A stretch of DNA of 64,000 nt from Chrysomallon squamiferum (Eukaryota > Animalia > Mollusca), in assembly GCA_012295275.1 (NCBI GenBank), contig CM022670.1, positions 5,394,001 through 5,458,000 of the forward strand, given 5' to 3'. Positions 54,901 through 64,000 of this stretch are shown here, piece after piece. The translations under genes were made by a program, and so were the position numbers. The number at the start of each line of letters is the position of its first letter. The first letter of the stretch is position 1. Under the pieces are notes generated by a model. That model was given only the letters and a program-made list of their open reading frames with translations. It did no database searches and was not told the DNA's origin.

Positions 54901-56084
54901 GACACATTTTCCACAAAACTATTTTACAAGAAAAGGCATGTTTTTGTCTGTGTCCTTCTTACTTTATTTATTTTCACTAACAAGATTTTTTTTCTGTACA
55001 CATTATGAAGACGAACATTTTCCATAATCTTTTTTTTTTTTTTCTTTTAATGTTACAGTAGTTTCCTGGCTGCTATAGGAACTGCACCTGTTGATTTCTG
55101 TGACCATTTTGCTGGAGTGCATCTTCCTCAACTCTTCAAACCTTCTCTGGCAAGCTTGTTTTTATGGACATTTTGTAAACTGCACTCCAGACTGTCTCTT
55201 TTTAACTTCTTGAACAATTTTTTAAAATTAATTTGTCTATATGACTGAACCTTAGAAAAATAAACTGAGCACAATCACTTGAGGCCAAATCTGACAAAAA
55301 AAAATACTTTCTTTTTTCTTTCATTTTTTATTTTATTTTTAATTTATTAATTTAGCTTTCTGATCTATGGATGCAACATCCTTGTCAGTTACATCCATCA
55401 AAGACATCCAATCTAAGACATCTAAAATGAGATGTCCAACAACGAAACTGAGAAGTCCAAAACAAAATACCTGTCTAAGACATTAACTAAAACGTCCAAG
55501 CTAGATGTCCTGAATGGGATGTCCATCCATGATGTCCAGCTGACCCAGTTGTCAGGCGAGATAAGGTAATATCACAGCAAGCCTCAAAGTGATCATCACA
55601 TTGCTTCTTTCAGGTGCTTATCACTACATTAGCACTTAATGACACACTAGAGTTCCTTTCACACCACACTGCTGCTACCAGAAAATTACATCATTAACTA
55701 TAGAATCATCTTCTGAAGACACCACCGCCACCACATGATCATCACCAAAGCAGCCGTCTGATTAGTTTTGATCTGACAACAGTCTGGAGTAACATGTCTG
55801 CGTTATTATTTCATAATACAGTATATACTGAAGACATTTTGTGTTTCTTTTTGACATCCACAGTGGTGATATGACAAACAGAAGAATGATTTTTGTCCAA
55901 AAAATTTCTGAACAGAGAATAAACTAGTCCTAATCTTTTGGTTTATATGTACATGCACTCAGTGTGTTGTGTTGATGTTTTTTTTTTTTTTCCTGGTTTT
56001 CTCTCAGCTGCAGGTGATGGGCTTAAATGAATGAAAATAAATCTGCCTATGGCACAATGATGGTGTCCATATGAAACACAAACA
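50345..56084 (-). other. Putative long 3' UTR of the E74/ELF gene (up to ~5.5 kb; end uncertain)
   Basis: CpG-depleted, U-rich on the minus strand and continuous with the last exon. Minus-strand AATAAA candidates at 50644-50653 and 50357-50362 lie near the compositional boundary. Confidence 0.45.
55365..55550. repeat. Cluster of GACATC/GATGTC motifs, probably a decayed non-autonomous DNA-transposon end
   Basis: About ten closely spaced ACATC/GATGTC variants and one ACGTCC. Confidence 0.55.
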
Positions 56085-56193
56085 CTACACTCCTGTGCAG
56101 TCTATCTCAACTATACCTTTTGGAACTTCAGCAAACTGATAAACTAGTCTCTGGCCATCAACTTTATTCAAAATACCACGTGCATAGTAATAC
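56085..56193 (-). CDS. E74: E74/ELF ETS factor last coding exon (to TAG stop)
   Basis: tttccag acceptor. Encodes [36 protein letters not shown]; the short tail ending EIDCxGV is E74-like. Confidence 0.96.
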
Positions 56194-56335
56194 CTGGAAA
56201 GACAAAAACACTTAACATCACAATTGGGAATCAAATTTAAACATTTATACAATAAGTAAAAAAGATATTAAGAAAAGAAAAAAAAAAAGGATATGAGAAA
56301 CATTAATTTACATAGTACAAATAAGGGGTGCTCAC

Positions 56336-56588
56336 CTTAATGCTCTACCCATCGTTTCGTAGTTCATGTCAGGTTTGTTTTTGTGCATGCCCCACAATTT
56401 AGACACAGCTTTCGAGTCAACAAGTTTGAAAATTCCCTTCTCTCTGCTGGTCCACTTGATGTAGCGTGGGCAAGTCTCCCTGTTTTGTAACAACTGCAGG
56501 AGAAATTCCCATAAATATGTCGAGTTTCCCTCACGTTTCCTCTTCGGTTGTGAACTGAGTGGATATTCAGGATTCTTAGGCTTTCGAC
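56336..56588 (-). CDS. E74: E74/ELF ETS factor exon with most of the ETS domain (253 nt)
   Basis: catttag acceptor and gtgagc donor. Encodes [84 protein letters not shown], an ELF/E74-subfamily ETS domain. Confidence 0.97.
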
Positions 56589-56924
56589 CTAAATGTAAAG
56601 GGTTAAAAAGGATAAATTAATTTCTTTTTACCTTTCAAACAAGTATCTTATAATTGTGCATATGTGTCTGTGTGTATGTGTTTCTGTGTGAGCTGTTTTT
56701 TTTGTTTGTTTTTTTTGTGTTTGTGAGTGTGCATGTGCAGGGATTTTAACAACATGAATACTGATGTGCCCTAAACATGATTTAAACAAACCAAGATGCT
56801 CATGTTGCTAATATCAAGCTGAAACAGATTAAACTTCCAGATAAAAGCGAGTTTAAACAAGACTTTATTAACATCTTTCTTACAAAACATCCAGTAAAAG
56901 TGCAATTAATAAGGACTTTATTAC

Positions 56925-57041
56925 CTTTCTTACACTTGGGTCTCTGTGGTGAGGCAGGAGGTGTGTTTGATGGGGAGCCATCACTGCCTGCAAAATGTAC
57001 CGACGTTGGTATCAGTGGACTTGAGGCTTTATAGGCATGGT
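56925..57041 (-). CDS. E74: E74/ELF ETS factor exon (117 nt, phase 1-1)
   Basis: ttctttcag acceptor and gtaata donor. Encodes DHAYKASSPLIPTSVHFAGSDGSPSNTPPASPQRPKCKK. Confidence 0.88.
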
Positions 57042-57616
57042 CTGAAAGAAAAACACATCATTTAGTGAAGCCAAGTCATTACTACAAGGTTTAACAAGCA
57101 AGTTTGTAATAAAAAGTGTTATAACCTCTCAACTGAAACCATGTCTATCATCATTGTAAGAAGAAAACAATCATAGAAAAAGATAAAATGTACATGGGCC
57201 TACAAGCATATTGCCATGCATAAAATCAATTCTTTCACTGCTAAAAGGAAAAGTGATCATCTTTTTCTAAAAATAAATGGTATATGCATGAAGCCTTTTC
57301 ACTGTAGGAAAAATAATAATCAGCCACTTCTAAAAACAAATACAGAATGCACCAGTAAACATGAAACTATTTTTATAAACATCTTGTGAAGAAAAAACAA
57401 TCACCTATTCCGTAAGATTAAATAATATGTGCACATTTCTTCATACATATATATATATATTTATATTGTACCTATTTATAAGTGTTTATTAATACTGCCC
57501 CATCTCACAAAAACTGTCCTATATTTAACACTGCACAAGTGTCCTGGATTTTTTTTTATTCTTCTGCGTTATTTTCCGAGATTCAAAACCTCACACATTT
57601 CTTATTTTTAATGCTG

Positions 57617-57803
57617 TTCTGATTTGTCAAACTATATCTGTCTGCACTTAATTTCGTAGATTTGAAAATGCATGTATTTCTAAGATTTAACGTTTTTCTG
57701 GTTTTTCAAACTATAACTGTCTGCACTTAATTTTATAGATTTAAAAATGCACATATTTCTTAGATTTAATGGTTTTCTAATTTTTCAAGCTTTAACTGTC
57801 TGA
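57617..57803. repeat. 79-bp tandem repeat, ~2.4 copies, intronic
   Basis: TCTGCACTTAATTT recurs at 57641 and 57720, with a partial third unit. Confidence 0.85.
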
Positions 57804-59329
57804 AATACAAAGAGGTGGCACTCAGCCAAGGCTCAATAAACATTAAAGAACATCTAAGTTGTACCTGGCATTATGCCATTCAAGATGAGACAGTAATAAA
57901 TGACAATAATGTTTTAGTTCAAAAGACATATTACACCATAATAAAAAAATAGTAATAATAAAAAAAAAGTAATGTGTCATCTTTCTTAAGAGTAAATATT
58001 TTGAAACTGCACTGTCAACTATCAACTATTTTTTTTTTTTTAAATAATTATATGAACAAGAAACCAAGTGCTAACACAGCATGACAGCATCTACCATAAC
58101 CTCTGATACTCCAGTCATGAGCAAGATCAACAAGTTCATAACTAGACAGACAATCTGACAACCACCTGCATTTTGTTTAAATAACCACGTTCAGTTTTTG
58201 TTTTAGTTTTGTTTTTTTAAATTCAGGAAATTAATTTTACTGTTTTCAAAATTATCTATTTGTTTATTCATTTTCTCTCGACAAATTCTGACACAAATTT
58301 TGAACCCTGTTTGAAGACAACAGCATCTCATAGGCTACAGGAAACTTTGTTGACTAAGTAAATAGGAAACATATATGTCAAAGTGAATCACATTTCCGCC
58401 TGCCATCCTACATCAGGGCTGACACAATTTCCTTTTTGCAGGTCGTTATCTGTAATTCATCTTTATTGCCCGTTTCCTTCCGCACACAGCCATAATTGTA
58501 GAGGCTGCAGTATTCAGAGACCTACATGTACGTCTATATATATATATAGTTTATAAACAAACAATTAAACAATAACAAGACACCATTGTCACCTCTGGCT
58601 CCGAATGAAATGTGGGAAATGAACAGAATTAGAAGTCTGTGAGAAGAGTTTAAGGGTGGGGCAGTATATACAATTGACAGTAATCATTTTATTTTATAAC
58701 CAGACATTTTTCCCTAGTCAGAAATTGTCTACATCTTTTGTTAATATTTTGCTAACAGTTCTCATTATATAATACAGTACAATCAAGTTATCTTATGTTA
58801 CTTCATATTAATAACTGATAAACATAAACTGATCTCTTGGTATTAATGCCATCTGTGCTCAAAAGCAATCTGCAAGTACTCAGCCTAAGGTTACAACGTG
58901 AGACATTTCTGAAAATAATAACAAATGAAGAGCTGGCACAAACTTCCCCCCAAGGAAAAAAACAAAATGAGTAAGAGTATCACATTGCCACTTTATTAAT
59001 AAATATTACGAAATGATTTACATCCACGAACTGAAACAGTTCACACTCAGTTGCATAATTAATTACATATAGACATGTATTTTTATCTTATGGAACATGT
59101 GTTTGTTGGAGTACTGAATGTTGCCACATCACTCAAATCAATTAAGATATCCTTAAAAATATTATACATGAGAACAGCTCAGGACTAGATATCATTTAAT
59201 AACATGACAGTTAATATCTCAGTGAAGTTCTGATGACTTAATAATTAACTAACATGAACTGACAACACAGTAATATTGTGGCATACAAGTTATGATAATT
59301 CAAGTACATTTCCATAATCAAATAATTTT

Positions 59330-59952
59330 CCCTCATCAGGTATTCAGATAATATATATGAATGCTTAATAATTTAATAACATTACCTCAAGAAGTTATGA
59401 ATAATTAGATAATTAAATATTCTCTGATCCTATAGTCTTGTATATGTTTAGGTATTTAAATAATATTACTAGATCTGAAAGGCTTATCTCTGCTTTGGTA
59501 ATTAAATATTACCAGGTCTCAAGGATTTTTCTGTTTCAGGTTTGTCTTTCACACTAATTGCATTACCCCAAGAAGAACGATATATTACCTCAAGAATTTA
59601 TCATTTACAGTGAAGTCTCACAGCATGTTAATAATTAAATAATAACATAGAAAAATCTTATCACGCTTCTTGTGTTTCATACTCAAGTGTTTTAACAACT
59701 GCTTGTAATATTTCCTGACCTCAAAGGGTTATTTTTAGTATCTGTCCCACTAATTATATAACATTACCATAATTATTTATCATTTACTCTGGTACAACAA
59801 TTAAATAAGATTCCCCAAATTAACAAACAGTGGATACTGTTTCAGTGTATCTAAGTGTTAATCAGTGTTTTAACAATCAGATATCATGTAACCTTCAGGG
59901 ACAATCATTTCATTTGTTTTAGTAATTAAATGATCTTACCTGGTCTCATGGC
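59330..59952. repeat. Degenerate minisatellite adjoining the exon donor at 59940
   Basis: Recurrent AATTAAAT..ATTACC..TC(T)CAAG motifs near 59380, 59410, 59460, 59500, 59580, 59710 and 59925. Confidence 0.6.
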
Positions 59953-60074
59953 AACATGTGTAGCTGTGTTGAAGTGTGCTGGGAGGGGTTGATGAGCTGG
60001 AGGGGGCTGACAGTAAGGTGATACGAATGCCCCTGGCCCTGCCACTGGAGGAGAACTCGATACATATGCAGAAG
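59940..60074 (-). CDS. E74: E74/ELF ETS factor exon (135 nt, phase 1-1)
   Basis: tttgtag acceptor and gtaaga donor; in frame with neighbours. Encodes SSAYVSSSPPVAEPGAFVSPYCQPPPAHQPLPAHFNTATHVAMRP. Confidence 0.85.
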
Positions 60075-60909
60075 CTACAAACAAAATCATTTAATAAAAA
60101 AAGGTCAATAATATATATACACATAAGAATACTGTGACCTACCAGTGTGTGTTTGATCTTTATTAATTTAAAAAATCCTTAAGTGGGCTTTTACTTATAA
60201 AATAATACACTTTTCATGAACATTATACAATAATAATGATTTATGCTTTGTTAATTTATTTTAAATTGATGTACTAAGATTATATTTATGAAAAAAAGAG
60301 AAGAAAAATTATAAAAATAAATTAATGTATTCCTGTTGATAAAACTAACAGAATATTTTAGTTCTAAAGGTAAAGAAGAAAAGAAGAAAATAAAAGATAA
60401 TGAAAAGAAGTTTAAAAACAGAATGAAAGTCAGAGATAATTTGAAGAGGAAACTACTAAAACTGGAAAAACTTTTTAAATTATAATACTCTTTGGATTTT
60501 TTATGGTGGATCAAATAGGCCATTTTCAAAATTAAAAAAATAAATAAAATTATAGCTAATTCTCAATACTATTATTCCATTGTACACTTTATATTAATAT
60601 TCAGTCTTTTAACCAAATCTATTTCAGTTTATTCATTTTATAAAAAAAAAAAAAATTTTAATTCTTCTTTCCCTTATTATTTTTAAAATATATTTATTTT
60701 TACTGAATTCAATTATTCATTAATTTGTTTATTTTCAGCATCATTATTTATCCTGCTTTCTTCCAGATAACATTATTTGTTCTATCTACAACACTTTACT
60801 ATCAGACAGAGAGAGAGTCAGAGAGAGAAGGTTTCATGCAAAGGATGATTAAGATTTAAAGAGAAAAGAAAAAAGTTCCAAGGATAGAATGATGTGTTGA
60901 GACTCTCAC

Positions 60910-60999
60910 AATATGAACCGGGTAGCCTCATTTTCAGATCCTCTGAGTTACTGTCGATGTCAGAAACACCACTGTCTGCAGGACTCGGTGGCAACGATG
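60910..60999 (-). CDS. E74: E74/ELF ETS factor exon (90 nt, phase 1-1)
   Basis: aattcag acceptor and gtgaga donor. Encodes TSLPPSPADSGVSDIDSNSEDLKMRLPGSY; LPPSPADSGVSD is recalled from insect E74. Confidence 0.9.
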
Positions 61000-62870
61000 C
61001 TGAATTAAAAGAAAACAGAGACAATTTATGTAATTTTAAAAAGTATGTATATGATAGGGTTGTCTCTTGTGTACAAGCTTTTGTTGCAGATGGCTTTAGA
61101 GAAAGTAAGAAAGAAAGGTTTTATATATATATATAAACCTTCAACAAATCACCAGTTATAGGTGAAGAGGAGCAATTAAGTAATATTAAATAGTACTGAA
61201 ACCTATCCATCAAAAAAGACTGTGAACATAATTGACTTATCAAAGTAAATTCTACATGTGTCAGATGAATGACAGCTAACACCACAACCATCTTCTTGGC
61301 CTTGTTATCAATACTTTAATTAAGTAAAAGTTGTTCATGTCATCAAACAGAAGATCTCATTAAACGCTAACTTTTCGAAGGAAAGAGTCATCTGAAAATA
61401 ATGACTACAGTAGTAGATGTACTTATTTTAAGAGATGGTGGTGGTGATGGTTAAGTTATTATTATTTGTTTTTAAAAAAAAAACTTTGGCAGTTGGGATA
61501 ATAAAAATATTTCAGGAACCCTTCAAGTTATTTCTTTATTTTATGAATGGCATGTATGGAACTTAAGAAAAAAAAAATAAAACAAAGTGCATTAATGATT
61601 AGGTTATTTCTAGTGTGCCTGCAGGCATCAACTGTCAGTTTTAAAAGTCATGCAGAACTGAAAACACGTGATGTGTATTCCAGGCAGCATGATGTGCAAT
61701 ATGAAAAATCCAAAAAGATTAGCACAGGAAAGTTTTGCCAAAGGTGAAAACCAAACATCCTGCAATGTCTAGTGACCAAAGCTGTTCTTTTTCTATACCT
61801 CTGTGAAGAGCTATTTCTGTCATCCGTGTGCAAACAAACAAATGCACTAAAAAACCCTAGCGGAAGTACACACAGGTCATAATAATCACATCACATTAAA
61901 AGTCACCTGCGTGGGCCAAATGTTTGCACTGGCAGATCTGCTCAAGACCAAAAAGAGTGGCAAACAAGGGCAGGTTTACACAACTCATTACATGATCAAA
62001 ATAACCACAAGTAAGCAAATACAGCGAGTGAGACTGTCCTCTTGCTGCATTCATCTTGCAATTCGAAACAGTCAGGTGGTAACAACAACTGCCCAGTTTC
62101 TTTTTTTGTCACTGCGTATTTGTTATCCTATTTAACAATGTTCTCATGAAATTAAATACCTTTTGAATGTAAAGGGATTTCAAGCTGGGTATTTTATTTG
62201 TTTGTTTTTGTTGCTGTTGTTTTTTAAAATACAGCATCTCTGAGGATACCAAAAATATTAACATTTTAAAAACTTTTACTGATTTCCAAAATGACAACAC
62301 TTTTACGAATAAAACTGAACATTTCTATTTTATATAGATCTACTTTATTATGAAGTAATACCAAATATAAATACAAAAGTAAAATTGTTTACCATTACTC
62401 AACTGTAACATTTCTATTTTACAAAAATATTATTATTATATATATTAAAATTAAATATTAAATATGGAAAAAACTGAATCAAAGATAACACAGAAATTAA
62501 TAATTCAATCTTTACTATATTTCAATAGTATTATCAATATTTTGGTCCAGACTATTAATCATTTGAAAACCCAGCTACCACTCAATTATTATCACTTTGT
62601 AAAGCATTTGTCTATGAGATTGCTGCCTGTCATATGTCAATCATGGGCTGTGTCCTAGGTAATATCCCAATGGGGACCTGATCCTTAGACCCTCCATGCT
62701 TTGGGGGACAGCTGTAAACACTAACCTGTGGCCAGGTCTTACTAATAAAAGGAAGGCAAGACATAACTAGAGTAATTTATGCAACTGAGTCAAGTGTTCT
62801 GACATTGGGCTCAGCAGAAAGTTATCAACTCATTTAATGTCATATTGTGACAGATGCGTAACCAACTCAC

Positions 62871-63011
62871 TGTTGTGATGTGAAAAGGGTTCCTGTAAAA
62901 TTCCCTGAAGGAATGTTTTACTTTCTCCACTTGTGCCGGGAGAATCCATGCTGAGCAATGCCTCTGCTGCCACCTGTCGGCCATGTTTCTGCTGCTGTTC
63001 ACAGGCATCCA
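62871..63011 (-). CDS. E74: E74/ELF-family ETS factor, first exon visible (141 nt, phase 1-1)
   Basis: ttatttcag acceptor and gtgagt donor. Encodes xDACEQQQKHGRQVAAEALLSMDSPGTSGESKTFLQGILQEPFSHHN; AAEALLxMxSP is the motif known from ELF1/2/4 N-termini. Confidence 0.88.
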
Positions 63012-64000
63012 CTGAAATAAATAAACAGTTAAAATAATAAAACTGATAATATATCCAAAACAATTTTGAAATCTTGCTACAAGTCTTGTGGGGAAAAAAA
63101 AAGAAAAAGAAATAACAATACAAAATTAATAATAATATAAATAAATGTATTAATTAAGGTATCTTTGATTTGCAGATGTTACAATAACCTAACATAACAA
63201 ATTTTTATCAATGGAAAAGAAAACAGCTGTTACCATCACATGCCAATAAGTTAACAGCAAGGGATCTTTTATCTCTCAGAGCATCTTCATTCATACAACT
63301 ATAATTTGATACCATTCATGAAAATTTTCTATTTACTGTATTTTATTTATTTATTTATTTAATTACATGGGCTATTTCTGTCTTCAGTGCTTTGACTGTA
63401 AGTAAAACTCTCCACATCTGATGCAGTTTCATGCAACTTTCTTATAAACTGATTCTACAATAGCTGTATTTTGTGATGCAAGTAGCATATATCTTTAATA
63501 AAATACTTTCAGTGCAGATACATAATATATACTTTGTGTAAGATATTTTACTATTTGTCAAAATGTTTATATTATCTAGCAGTGCCAGTATAGATTAAAA
63601 AAAACAACAAAAAAAACATCATGACGAAACAAACATGCACTGAAATGAAATTTGTTATCTATGGTTTCTCAGATAATATTTTAACAAAAGAAGTAAATAA
63701 AAAAAACACAGAAAGAAATTAAAAAGATTTCAGACAGAACATTTCAAAAGAATCTTCGAGAAACCTCCACAAAAAAACCCTTCATTATAAATAAATGAAT
63801 CTATCAGTTCTATAGTCAACAAGGGAGAAAAACAACTTCAAATATATCTATTTTTGTCAAACAGTTTAATAAACATCAGTATGAAGAAACAGGTAAGACA
63901 GGTCATTGATATAAAGTGGACCACAGATAAAATTCAATACAGTATCTAACTACTGACAATCACATGTCCACTTTAATCTGGCCTCTATCACTGGCAAATC

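Overview
AT-rich, microsatellite-laden animal genomic DNA. An invertebrate, probably a lophotrochozoan such as a mollusc, is inferred from an E74-type ETS gene and a Deu/Nin-like SINE core. There are three zones. (1) 0.9-11.6 kb is a + strand array of seven full-length tRNA-Phe(GAA) genes and one deleted pseudogene. Every full copy has a GTCG leader and an invariant 28-nt 3' trailer. Interleaved are three near-identical ~125-nt box H/ACA snoRNA candidates plus one remnant: the 3' pocket matches a conserved 28S rRNA pseudouridine site and the 5' hairpin resembles pre-miR-1. A 906-bp solo LTR with a 5-bp TSD interrupts the array. (2) 12-50 kb has no recognisable coding sequence. It retains CpG, has TF-motif-dense patches, a 235-bp internally deleted Tc1/mariner element and a SINE fragment. 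(3) 50.4-64 kb is CpG-depleted and holds six spliced coding exons (- strand) plus a probable long 3' UTR of an E74/ELF-family ETS transcription factor whose start was not found in the window. Almost all ORF-track entries are microsatellite artefacts. All alignments and folds were done by eye.
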